Notes under the pieces: generated by a model
What the model was told of the DNA's origin: nothing
Seen by the model: the letters and a program-made list of their open reading frames with translations, nothing else
Database searches by the model: none
Position numbers and translations under genes: made by a program
Shown: positions 20,926 through 30,560 of the stretch, piece after piece
Layout: each line of letters opens with the position of its first letter
Numbering within the stretch: position 1 is the stretch's first letter
NCBI GenBank assembly: GCA_040756235.1
Contig: JBFLZG010000081.1
Span: forward strand, 8,018 to 72,017
Direction: 5' to 3'
Length of the DNA stretch: 64,000 nt
Source: a bacterium
GTDB taxonomy: Bacteria; Desulfobacterota; DSWW01

Positions 20926-22086
20926 ATGAAAAAGGCCATCTACGCCCTCTCCGGGGACCCTTTTCATAAGGGACACCTGGACATCATCCAACGGGCCAGT
21001 CGCGTCTTCGACGAGGTCGTGGTGGCGATCGGCGTCAACCCGGAGAAGCAGTACCTCTTCTCCCTTACGGAACGCAGCCAGATGATCAGCCGGTCCGTTT
21101 CGTCGATACCGAACGTCAGGGTGGCCTCCTTCCAGGGGCTGCTCGTGGACTACGCTTACGAGCAGGGCGTGGACGTGATCATCAAGGGCGTGCGCAGCTC
21201 CAAGGACATGGAGTTCGAGAATCTCCTGCACCTGGTCGGAGAGAGCCAGGAGCTGGGGATCGACACCTTCGTCCTGTTTGCCAAGCCAGAGCTGATGCAC
21301 GTCGCTTCGAGCACGATCAAGGCCCTGCAGCTGGAAGAGGGCTTCATCCACCATTACGTCCCCCTGAACGTCAAGCAGTGCCTGGAAGCGCGCATGTCCG
21401 GGCAGTATATCCTCGGCATCACCGGCGAGATCGGCGCCGGAAAGTCTCACGTGGCCGATACCTTTGTGGAGCTGGCTCGAGAGAGGGGCCTGCCGATCCA
21501 CTCGATCGTGCTCGACGATCTCCACATGCAGATTCTCGAGGAGCTGCAGGAGCCTTCCTACCAGCAGGTGCGCCAGGAAATCGTGCGCGAATTCGGCACC
21601 TCGGTGCGGAACCCGGACGGCACGATCAGCCGCAAGAATCTGGGCGATTTGGTGTACAGCGACAATCTCCAGCTCGACAAGCTCAACCAGATCATGGAGA
21701 AGGCGCTCATGGTCCGGGTGCGGCGGGCGCTCCGGGGCAAGAAGGGGCTCATCCTGGTTACCGCCGCCCTGATGGCGGAATCGAAGCTCACGCACCTCTG
21801 CAACAACAACGTCGTCCTGGCGACCTGCGACAAGGCGAGCCAGGAGCGCCGGCTGCGCCAGCGGGGCCTCACGCCCGCCCAGATCCAGCGGCGTCTGGAC
21901 AGCCAATACAGCGAGAAAGAGAAACGAGACCGGATTCAGGCTCTGATCCAGGAAGCGAACCAGGGGCGCCTCTGGCCGGTGGACAGCTCGGACGGAGCGC
22001 CCCAGTCCAACATCGGCCGCACCTTCGACGAGGTCGTGCAGTACTTCGGTCTCGCAAGAGCCGGAGGCGATCGGACCGTTTCATGA
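20926..22086 (+). CDS. coaD: fused phosphopantetheine adenylyltransferase (CoaD) / dephospho-CoA kinase (CoaE)
   Basis: N: DPFHKGHLDII, KGVR, SSTIK; C: ILGITGEIGAGKS, EFG..V.N.DG.I.RKNLG, RL.QRGLT...IQRRLDSQ. Confidence 0.85.
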   Translation: MKKAIYALSGDPFHKGHLDIIQRASRVFDEVVVAIGVNPEKQYLFSLTERSQMISRSVSSIPNVRVASFQGLLVDYAYEQGVDVIIKGVRSSKDMEFENLLHLVGESQELGIDTFVLFAKPELMHVASSTIKALQLEEGFIHHYVPLNVKQCLEARMSGQYILGITGEIGAGKSHVADTFVELARERGLPIHSIVLDDLHMQILEELQEPSYQQVRQEIVREFGTSVRNPDGTISRKNLGDLVYSDNLQLDKLNQIMEKALMVRVRRALRGKKGLILVTAALMAESKLTHLCNNNVVLATCDKASQERRLRQRGLTPAQIQRRLDSQYSEKEKRDRIQALIQEANQGRLWPVDSSDGAPQSNIGRTFDEVVQYFGLARAGGDRTVS

Positions 22087-22328
22087 AGTCCCTGCGCTGG
22101 ATCAAGTCCCACGGCGACTGCGTGATGATCGGGAACCAGCTCTCGCCCGTCTCCTTCGACCACACGCCCGTCCGGCACCAGGAGCTCCGCGTGATCGCGG
22201 TCAACAGGCTCGACGGCCTGATCACGCACCGGTTCCCCCTCGACCGCTACAAGGAAGCCTTCCGGCTCGCCGGGGAAAAGTCGGGAAGGGTCATCAAGAT
22301 CTTCTTCGGGATGCAGGGGCAGGTTTGA
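22083..22328 (+). pseudogene. C-terminal remnant of a Zn-dependent (MDR) dehydrogenase
   Basis: LDGLITHRFPLDRYKEAF...VIKI typical MDR tail without the rest of the enzyme. Confidence 0.6.
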
Positions 22329-22341
22329 AGCCTGCCCCTGC
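22313..22341. repeat. REP-like palindrome, copy 1
   Basis: GCAGGGGCAGG-TTTGAAG-CCTGCCCCTGC. Confidence 0.7.
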
Positions 22342-22409
22342 CCGGGACGACTGGCCGATATTTCGATCCCTCGAGACTGCTCTCTTGAGCATGAGGATTG
22401 TGCCCATTC

Positions 22410-24497
22410 ATGACCAAGCAGGAATCTTTCGACTTCCTCGTCTCCACCAAGGACAAAAAGGCATCTGACCAGGCCGACCCATCCGCAGGGGCGGGACCTG
22501 CCGAGCCCGTGCCGCCCGCACCGCCCCCGGGGGGCGTCCCGGTCTCCTCCCTCCAGGCGCCGCTCGGCCGGCTCTTCGACAGCAACTTCCTCCAGTACGC
22601 TTCCTACGTCATCCGGGACCGGGCCATCCCGAACCTGGACGACGGGCTCAAGCCGGTGCAGCGGCGCATCCTCTATTCCCTGCACGAGAAGGACGACGGC
22701 CGTTTCATCAAGGTCGCCAACATCGTGGGCTACTGCATGCAGTACCACCCCCACGGCGACGCCTCCATCGAAGACGCCCTGGTCACCCTGACCAACCGGG
22801 GGTACCTGATCGAGGGCCAGGGCAACTTCGGCAACCTCTTCACCGGAGACCCGGCCGCTGCCGCCCGCTACATCGAATGCCGCCTGACCGACCTCGCCAG
22901 GAAGGAGCTCTTCCACGACGAGCTCACGCGCTTCGTTGCCTCCTACGACGGCAGGAGCAAGGAGCCGGTCACCTTGCCCGCCAAGATCCCCCTGCTCCTC
23001 ATGCTCGGCGCCGAAGGGATCGCGGTCGGGCTCTCCACCAGGATCCTGCCCCACAATTTTCCCGAGCTCCTCGAGGCCCAGATCGCCATCCTGGAGAAGA
23101 AACCGTTCTCCATCCTTCCCGACTTCCCTCAGGGGGGGCTCATGGACGCTTCCGAGTACAACCGCGGCAACGGCCGCGTCCGCCTGCGCGCCCGGATCGA
23201 GCCGAAGGACGCCGAGACGCTCGTCATTCGAGAGATCCCCTACGGCACCACGACCGACTCGCTCATCGCCTCGGTCGAGGAGGCGGCGCGCAAGGGGAGG
23301 ATCCGCATCAAGTCGATCAGCGACTTCACCTCGGAGAAGATCGAGATCGAGATCAAGCTCAAGGAGGACGCCGGCGCGGGGACGGAAAAGATCCTTCAGT
23401 CCCTGTACGCCTTCACCGACTGCGAGGTGTCCCTGGCCTGCCGCCTGACGGTCATCCGCAACCACCGGCCGGCCGAGATGAGCGCCGACGAGGTGCTGCG
23501 GCACAACACCGGCAAGCTCGTGCGGGACCTCGAGAAGGAGCTCAAGCTCGAGCAGGCCAAGCTCCAGGACGAGCTCCACTTCAGGACCCTGGTCGAGATC
23601 TTCGTCGAGAACCGCATTTACTCACGCATCGAGAGCTGCAAGACTCTGCCCGACATCCAGCAGGCGGTCCTCGGCGGCTTCGAGCCTTTCCGGCCCCAGC
23701 TCAAACGGGAGATCACGGCACGGGACGTCGAGAGGCTGCTGGAGATCAAGATCCGCAGAATTTCCCTCTTCGACATGAACCAGCACCGGCGCGAGATGGA
23801 GAAGATCGCGTCGTCCCTGGCAGAGATCGAGAAGAACCTCGCCTCAATCGTGCCGTACACGATCCGCTACCTGAAAGACCTCATGCGGCGGCACAAGGCC
23901 TCCTACCCGCGCCGCACGCGGGTGACCACCTTCGAGGCCGTGCAGGTGCGCGAGCTCGCGGCCCAGCCGCTGGAAGTCGGCTTCGACCGTGAGCGGGGCT
24001 ATCTGGGGCACGCGGTCAAAGCGGAAACGACCCTGGCCTGCACTTCCTTTGACAGGATCCTGCTCGTCTGGGGCGACGGCCGCTACAAGGTGATCACCCC
24101 GCCGGAGAAGCTCTTCGTGGACGGCAACCTGCTCTATTTTGCCCTGGCCGATCGCGACAAGGTCTTCACCCTCGTCTATCGCGGCCCGGACCAGATCACC
24201 TACGTCAAGCGCTTCGCCTTCGGCGGGACCATCCTGAACAAGGAGTATGCCTGCGTCCCTCCCGGGTCTGCCATCCTCCTCTTCCTGGACCGCACGCCGG
24301 AGGAGATCTACGTGAAGTACGAGCCCGCCAAGGGGCAGAAGATCCATCAGCAGGTCTTCCATCCCCCGGAGCTGCCGGTCAAAGGCGTGAAGGCGCGCGG
24401 ATCCATGCTGACCCTGAAGAAGGTCGCGAGCATCGGCACGCGCAAGCCCAGGAACTGGGACGAGGTCTCCAAGGGGCCCCGCGGCGCTGTATTCTAG
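22410..24497 (+). CDS. parC: DNA topoisomerase IV subunit A
   Basis: RAIPNLDDGLKPVQRR, YHPHGD, AAARYIE active site; no GyrA box seen. Confidence 0.88.
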   Translation: MTKQESFDFLVSTKDKKASDQADPSAGAGPAEPVPPAPPPGGVPVSSLQAPLGRLFDSNFLQYASYVIRDRAIPNLDDGLKPVQRRILYSLHEKDDGRFIKVANIVGYCMQYHPHGDASIEDALVTLTNRGYLIEGQGNFGNLFTGDPAAAARYIECRLTDLARKELFHDELTRFVASYDGRSKEPVTLPAKIPLLLMLGAEGIAVGLSTRILPHNFPELLEAQIAILEKKPFSILPDFPQGGLMDASEYNRGNGRVRLRARIEPKDAETLVIREIPYGTTTDSLIASVEEAARKGRIRIKSISDFTSEKIEIEIKLKEDAGAGTEKILQSLYAFTDCEVSLACRLTVIRNHRPAEMSADEVLRHNTGKLVRDLEKELKLEQAKLQDELHFRTLVEIFVENRIYSRIESCKTLPDIQQAVLGGFEPFRPQLKREITARDVERLLEIKIRRISLFDMNQHRREMEKIASSLAEIEKNLASIVPYTIRYLKDLMRRHKASYPRRTRVTTFEAVQVRELAAQPLEVGFDRERGYLGHAVKAETTLACTSFDRILLVWGDGRYKVITPPEKLFVDGNLLYFALADRDKVFTLVYRGPDQITYVKRFAFGGTILNKEYACVPPGSAILLFLDRTPEEIYVKYEPAKGQKIHQQVFHPPELPVKGVKARGSMLTLKKVASIGTRKPRNWDEVSKGPRGAVF

Positions 24498-24614
24498 CAG
24501 GTTGTCCATAAACGCAGAGAGGCAACCTGCAGGGGCGAAAAGTTTTTCGCTCCTGCATCGCATCCAAGAAAGGCGCAGCAAGCGGCGCCTCTGCAAGAGC
24601 CCGATCCAAGCTGA

Positions 24615-24639
24615 AGGGGCAGGCTTGAAACCTGCCCCC
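24615..24639. repeat. REP-like palindrome, copy 2
   Basis: AGGGGCAGG-CTTGAAA-CCTGCCCC, between convergent genes. Confidence 0.7.
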
Positions 24640-24676
24640 GCCCCGGGATGACAGTCATGGCCGATTGGGTCAGATT

Positions 24677-24955
24677 TCAACCATGCCTCGCCCCACCCGT
24701 GCGTCGGCGGAGGACCGCCTCCAGCTTGCCCTTGTCAGCCAGGGCGCGGGTCTGATCGTACCCGCCGATGAACTCTCCGTTAAGGATCACCATGGGAAAG
24801 GTGCGCCACCCGTACTGCTCTTTCAGTCGAAGCATGTCCGCTTGAGCCTCGATGCGGCGCTCCTCGAAGGCGATCTCGTGATCTCCCAAGAGCCTCTTCA
24901 CGGCATCACAGTACGCGCACCCGCCGATCGTGTAGACGACGTTCTTCATTTCCAT
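24677..24955 (-). CDS. glutaredoxin
   Basis: CAYC, TFP, FIGGYD. Confidence 0.85.
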   Translation of the reverse strand: MEMKNVVYTIGGCAYCDAVKRLLGDHEIAFEERRIEAQADMLRLKEQYGWRTFPMVILNGEFIGGYDQTRALADKGKLEAVLRRRTGGARHG

Positions 24956-25092
24956 CGTTGGCTCTCCCGGTGGCCGGGTTCTCCAGCTCCGGCACCCTGC
25001 TTCTAATTTGCCATCCTTGCGGCGGAGGTGGCAAGATGCTCGCTCGAGTCGATCCAGCTGCCAGCTCGACAGCCTCTCAAAGGAGGAGATGC

Positions 25093-26292
25093 ATGCAAGT
25101 GAGCCGTTCTCATCAGGCGCTCGCGGAGAAGTTCATGCTCCAGGGCTTGTGGAGCCACTCGTTCGTGCCGGATTCGCTGCTCGAGTTCGTGCGCTTCGTC
25201 TACACCGAAGAGGAGGCCGAGATGGTCACGGCACTGAGCGCCACGCCGCTGCCGGCATGGGCCGTCGCGCGCAGGCTGAAGAGACCCTCCCGCGAGGTGG
25301 CGCCCATCCTGGAATCCCTCTCCGCGACCCACCGCATCGGCAGTTTCAAGGTCAAAGGGGCGGAGCTCTACTTCTTCATGATGCTCGCCCCCGGCGTGTT
25401 CGAAGCTGCAATGGCCCAGGGCCGGAACGACGCCTACTCCCGGGAGTTCGCACGGCTGTTCGAACAGGTCTATCAGGAGGTCTTCACCTGGTTGGCGCCG
25501 CGCATACGGGACAAGAAATTTCAGCTGTCGCGCATCGTGCCGATCGAACGGTCGATCGATGCCACGCCCGGGCTCGGCGTGCTCGCCCTCTCGACCGACC
25601 GATTCTCGGAGATGGTCGAACGCAACAAGACCTTCTCCCTGCTCAAATGCAGCTGCCGGCATCACCAGGAGCTGATCGAAAACCCGTGCGGCAAGCCCAA
25701 GGAGGTCTGCGCGGCGATGGGAGCGCTGGCCGAGCTCTGCATCGACAAGGGGCTGGCCCGGAGGGTGAGCCGGGAGGAGTTCCTGGAAGCCAAGCAAACG
25801 GCCGCAGAGGCGGGTCTGGTCAACCTGGTGGACAACGTCGAAGACCCGATGCAGGTTTGTTCGTGCTGCGGATGCTGCTGCGGCGTGTTGCGCGTCTGGA
25901 GCCGGTTCAACGTTCCCGGTCTGATCGCGCAGAGTCACTTCCAGGCCGTGGTGGACGCGAGCCGCTGCAAAGGCTGCAGGAAATGCGCCAAGGCCTGCCC
26001 GATGCAGGCCATCCGGGTGAAGGGCAAGAAGGCTTCCGTCGCGGCCGAAAGATGCATCGGCTGCGGGGTCTGCGTGCTCAAGTGCACGAAGAACAAGGCC
26101 GTGAGCCTGCACCAACGGCCTCTCTACACGCCGCCCGCAGAGACCATCGGCCAGTACGTGCTCAACCGCTATTTCGAATACAAGGGGTACCGCTCTCCCT
26201 ACCTCCCGAAGCTCAGTCTGGGAGCCGGGCGCCTGTTGAGCAAGATCGTGCCGATCCACCTGACTGGGCCCCAGTACAAAGGCCAAAAGTAG
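25093..26292 (+). CDS. 4Fe-4S ferredoxin-domain protein
   Basis: AGGAGG RBS; CSCR, CSCCGCCC, CKGCRKCAKACP, CIGCGVCVLKC. Confidence 0.85.
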   Translation: MQVSRSHQALAEKFMLQGLWSHSFVPDSLLEFVRFVYTEEEAEMVTALSATPLPAWAVARRLKRPSREVAPILESLSATHRIGSFKVKGAELYFFMMLAPGVFEAAMAQGRNDAYSREFARLFEQVYQEVFTWLAPRIRDKKFQLSRIVPIERSIDATPGLGVLALSTDRFSEMVERNKTFSLLKCSCRHHQELIENPCGKPKEVCAAMGALAELCIDKGLARRVSREEFLEAKQTAAEAGLVNLVDNVEDPMQVCSCCGCCCGVLRVWSRFNVPGLIAQSHFQAVVDASRCKGCRKCAKACPMQAIRVKGKKASVAAERCIGCGVCVLKCTKNKAVSLHQRPLYTPPAETIGQYVLNRYFEYKGYRSPYLPKLSLGAGRLLSKIVPIHLTGPQYKGQK

Positions 26293-26330
26293 CGGGGTCG
26301 CCCAGGAGAGGGCTTCAGCTGCCTAACTAG

Positions 26331-27676
26331 AGCCTGTCCCAAATGTAGTTGACCAACGATTTTGAGGTGTTAGTCTCCAAGAAAAAAGAGCAAAGCGGGG
26401 CGGATGCCACTGCTTTGCTCCATTTGGTGTGCTATAAGCTCCAGTGACAGTACTCAACACAAAGCTGGAGGGTGCACACCGATGCAGATTGTACCGTACC
26501 AGGAGGAACTTCGTCCAGCGCTTCCGACCGTGATCGGGAACGTCGATTACCACGAGTTCCGGGCGACGCTGCTGCGGATCGAGGAGATCCTGGATCGTAG
26601 CGAGGTCGAGAGAGAGTTCATCCGTGAAAGGCAGGACCAGTACAGCAAGCGGGCCGAGGGGCGACGATCGCCGAGTGCCAGGGAACTGGCACGGGTCGCC
26701 GAGCACTCCGTCCGGGCGCTTCGCTGCAATATCGTGCGCCAGCTCCTCGGAGAAGGATACCGGGAGTTCAGCGTGCGGCTGGCGGACAGCCCTCTGCTGC
26801 AACGGTTTTGCGGAATTGACCGGATCGACGTGATTCAGGTGCCCACGAAAAGCACTCTGGACCGGTATGACAAGTGGGTGGACGAGGAGACCGTGCGCAA
26901 GGTCATGGATATCCTGAGCCGGTCTGCGGCCGCGACAGGCAAGAGGGGGAGGCAGCCCCTGGGGCTGGCACGCCCCCTGGACCTGGACGCTTACTTTCTG
27001 GACACGACCTGTGTGCAGGCCAACATCCATTTCCCGGTGGACTGGGTTCTGCTCCGGGACGCGGCCCGGACGCTCGTCAAGGCGATCCAGGTGATCCGCA
27101 AACACGGGCTGAGGCACCGGATGCCGAAGCCGGCCGACCTGCTCCGCCAGATGAACCGGCTGGCCATCGAGATGACGCAGGCAGGGCGCAAGAAGGCCGA
27201 GAGCAAGAGAGAGCGGAAGCGCGTGCTCAGAAGCATGAAGTCCTTGGCCCAGGTGATTCGCAAACACGCCAGTGGTTACCGAAAGCTGCTGTCCGATCGC
27301 TGGCCTGAGACCGATCTGAAGGAAGGACAGACCCGGCAGATCCGCACACGGATCGACGGCGTCCTCAAGCAGCTTCCGGCGGCCATCGCCCAGGCGCACC
27401 AACGGATCATCGCCGGCCGCCGGGTGGAAAGCGGGCAGAAGATCCTGAGTCTCTACGAGCCCGATATCCACGTCATCGTCCGCGGCAAGGCGAGCCGTGA
27501 CGTGGAGTTCGGGAACACGCTTCTTCTGGGCGAACAGCGCGACGGGGTGATCCTGGACTGGAGGCTCATCAGAGAGCAGGCCCCTGCGGACAGTCATCTC
27601 ATGGGAAGCAGCGTGGAGCGCTTTTCTCGCCTCTTTGGCCGTGTTCCTGGAGCCGTCGTCGCAGATCGAGGCTTTG
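26331..27676 (+). mobile_element. truncated IS5/ISNCY-like insertion sequence
   Basis: left end AGCCTGTCCCAAA after CTAG; transposase breaks off after ADRGF; no right IR seen. Confidence 0.65.
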
Positions 27677-27747
27677 ATGACGCAAGAGCAGGTCGTGTAC
27701 GCCGCAATCAAGGCGTTCTTGGGCAAAGAACTGGGTGCCGTCTTTGA
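26482..27747 (+). pseudogene. DDE transposase, C-terminally truncated
   Basis: FLDTTCVQANIHFPVD, KILSLYEP, RGKASRDVEFG, VADRGF, then unrelated sequence lacking the catalytic Glu region. Confidence 0.75.
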
Positions 27748-27973
27748 CGACCGACGCATATTCAGCCTCCGCTACGTTCACGATAGGAGGGAATACTACA
27801 CGGAAGTGGGCAAGACTCACGCTCTCAATGGAGAGCCTGTCGTTGCGATACTCCATGAGCCGGGTCGAGCTCGGTACCACGTGTGCACGCCGAGTCGGGG
27901 GCTAGTTGGAGACCTGTCGATCCTTGTACGAGAGCACTCCGTCAGGTCATGCAAAGACTTCGAGCAGAAGTGA
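27677..27973 (+). CDS. hypothetical protein (5' end possibly clipped by the IS junction)
   Basis: 98-aa ORF starting at the point where transposase homology ends. Confidence 0.5.
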   Translation: MTQEQVVYAAIKAFLGKELGAVFDDRRIFSLRYVHDRREYYTEVGKTHALNGEPVVAILHEPGRARYHVCTPSRGLVGDLSILVREHSVRSCKDFEQK

Positions 27974-28060
27974 AAGGTGAGGGCTCCACCCACAGAGCGG
28001 CTGGCCTACCCCCCAGAGAGGCGCTTGTTCTCGGCCACACCCCCGGCACCGAGCTTGGCA

Positions 28061-29317
28061 TCACGAAGGCATTCTCCAAGATGCCTTGATCGTGGTCCCG
28101 GATCCCTTGGCTGAATGGATCGTGAAGGTTCCGCCGGAAAGCTCGGCCCGCTCTCTCATGCTGCTCAAACCCATCCCGGTCCTGCCGCTTGCGTCGCTTT
28201 CCGCTGTGAAAGCGAACCCATCGCCATTGTCCTGAATCGACAGCCCGACCTCGGAACCTCTTCTTGTGAGATAGAATACGACGAGATCCGCTCCGCTGTG
28301 CTTGGCAACGTTATTGAGCGCCTCCTGAGAAATCCTGAAGATTACGGTCTTCAACGATTCGGGCACATGTTCCACTTCATCGTCCATTTCTTTTTCAACC
28401 TGGACCCCCGGATAGGTGCTCTCGAACTGCCTGAGAAGACCGCTCAGGGCGGCCCGGATGCCCAGATCGTCTAAGACGGGCGGCCGCAGGTCTGCCTGGA
28501 TCCTGCGAGCTTCCTCCACTGACTGCTGGAGCATGGGAATGACGTCCTTGATAAGTGCGGCCATTCTCGACTTGCTTCTTTGATGGAGAACGTCTTCCAC
28601 CCTATACTTCACCGCGCTCAATGCCTGCCCGATGCAGTCATGGATTTCCCATCCGATTCTCTTTCTTTCGTGTTCGTGCGCATTCAGAAGACTGGCGAAA
28701 CGCTGCCGCTGTCGTTTGATTCGATCTCCCGGATAGCTCTCCATGAGCATCCATTCGCCTTGGTTTCGGAGAAGCGCTGAAGCATGGGCTCCAATCATAT
28801 CGACAATCTCGCTTGGCCTGCGCAGATCCGGGCAGAATGTGCAGATGGCGATGACCCTGTATCTCACGATTCCGCGATTGAGCTCTCTCTCATAAGCGGC
28901 AAACTCCTTCCAATCGTCTTGCCCCAACCAAGAACTGTTGCCGCTCACTCTGAGTCCATCAAAACCGTTTTCGAGCGCTTGATCCAGTTTCTTGATCCCG
29001 CCTCTGAGAACTCGCTTGGAATCGAACCTGCCGTCCTTCAGGTACCAGCGGTCGTGCGGAAGGATCTCGATCTGCCCCTTGGCCAGATAACCTTCGAAAC
29101 CGACGACTCGCTCTCTCAATGCTTCATGAGCATCTTCTTCACTAAGGGGATCAGAAGTGATCCACATGCAGAATTCGCGATTCTGGAGCCCAGCCTTGAA
29201 ATATGGAACCAGAATCTCCAGGAGATCCTGCTTGCTCCTGTAGAATTGGCAAATGTGCGCTCCCCATCGGGTAGCACCCAAACAGTCAATCCCGGTCTGT
29301 CTTGGTTCCGTGATCAT
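28061..29317 (-). CDS. MEDS-domain sensor histidine kinase (HisKA_3 + HATPase)
   Basis: WGAHICQFY MEDS start, ERKRIGWEIHD H-box, QEALNNVAKHS, DNGDGF, GMGL. Confidence 0.85.
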   Translation of the reverse strand: MITEPRQTGIDCLGATRWGAHICQFYRSKQDLLEILVPYFKAGLQNREFCMWITSDPLSEEDAHEALRERVVGFEGYLAKGQIEILPHDRWYLKDGRFDSKRVLRGGIKKLDQALENGFDGLRVSGNSSWLGQDDWKEFAAYERELNRGIVRYRVIAICTFCPDLRRPSEIVDMIGAHASALLRNQGEWMLMESYPGDRIKRQRQRFASLLNAHEHERKRIGWEIHDCIGQALSAVKYRVEDVLHQRSKSRMAALIKDVIPMLQQSVEEARRIQADLRPPVLDDLGIRAALSGLLRQFESTYPGVQVEKEMDDEVEHVPESLKTVIFRISQEALNNVAKHSGADLVVFYLTRRGSEVGLSIQDNGDGFAFTAESDASGRTGMGLSSMRERAELSGGTFTIHSAKGSGTTIKASWRMPS

Positions 29318-30129
29318 TCGGCATGCCCCACTGCCGAGGATGTCACAAGTCCGAGAGCGACCCTCGCTCTTCGAGCAGTCACCTCTACTACGTTTTTTTC
29401 GGAATTCTTTTTAGAAAACTTGCATCGCTCTTGAAGAAGAGGAGCACGACAAGACAAAGTGCTTGATCGGTCTGGGCCAATGTGTCCTGAGCCCAGCTGC
29501 AAGAACGCGTGCAAGTCTAGTTTTTGCCGCCGGCGGGGAAAAGTTTCTGAGGCATCCTCATTCGGTTGGCCAGGAATATTCGGGCATACCTCAAAATACG
29601 GACAAGCATGACATTCGAGCGGGATGATCGCGTCCAGTTCCCCTCCGCCCCTCGACGATGGAGTGAAATCTTACATGTTCTCGTGATTTTGGCAACCATA
29701 AAAAAGAGAGGCTTGGGAAAAGGCAATACATTTCGTGTCTTAGGCTCCCGCACCTGACCTGCGCGCCAGAGGGGTTGGCCTCTTACGGACGTTCAAGGGT
29801 GCAGCTGGGTTAAAATGTTGAGGAAAAGACTGCAACTTGTTTTTTGCCAGTGCGGCATCTTAGAGTATTTTGCGGAAAGGAAAACGTAAGAAAAGTACTT
29901 TCTCCGCTCCGCCTCCTGGGATGCAGTGAGCGCGTGAAAGACATTCAGGTTTAGGGTCGGCGGAATCTCAATTCGTGACCTCTTGGGTTCGGGGTTACAA
30001 TGAAACCAAAGGGAACAAAGTTTCGCCTGAAAAACAGGCCTGCTGCCGACAACCCAGAGGCAGAGCAACCCTTCTTCAGTCGCCTCCTGAATGAGTTCTT
30101 GGCCGTCAGGGTCGAGGCTTCCTTCAGTA

Positions 30130-30204
30130 GAGAAGGGACGGAAGGAGACTCTCGACATGCTTTTTACCCTTCCGCTGGTTATTCCTCCAACTGTCACCGG
30201 CTAT
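30130..30204 (+). pseudogene. short remnant of a ModB-type ABC permease
   Basis: LDMLFTLPLVIPPTVTGY is a characteristic ModB segment, isolated in non-coding DNA. Confidence 0.55.
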
Positions 30205-30372
30205 GAGATCACGCCCCTAACTCCGAGGCCCTTAACAAGTTCTTTGAGGGATGTCGCCACCCCTCCCTCCCGTACCGTGATGAAAATCTTCCATCTTCCC
30301 CTCATTTATCGTGCTCAGGCTCAGAGCAGCATGTTTTCAATATCCGAAAAACTGTGCTAGTGTAATGGCTAA

Positions 30373-30454
30373 TCGCCAAGGGGCGTCCTCGAATGAGGGC
30401 TGAGAGCGTACCCTTTGAACCTGATCCAGGTCATACTGGCGGAGGAATTGGCGA
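30373..30454 (+). ncRNA. TPP riboswitch
   Basis: TCGCCAA/TTGGCGA P1, GGGG..CTGAGA..ACCCTTTGAACCTGATCCAGGTCATACTGGCGGAGGAA; upstream of thiC. Confidence 0.95.
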
Positions 30455-30560
30455 GTAAAAGAACATTTTCATCTCCGGCCGTTTTTTCTGCGGCTTTTTT
30501 TCTTCCTTCACGATCCTTTTACTTCGCTCGTTCCTCCTCCACGCAAGCAAGGAGGAGAGC

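Noticed and set aside
19067..24497. gyrA/gyrB assignment
   Set aside because: The B subunit is short and the A subunit has no recognisable GyrA box; topoisomerase IV fits better.
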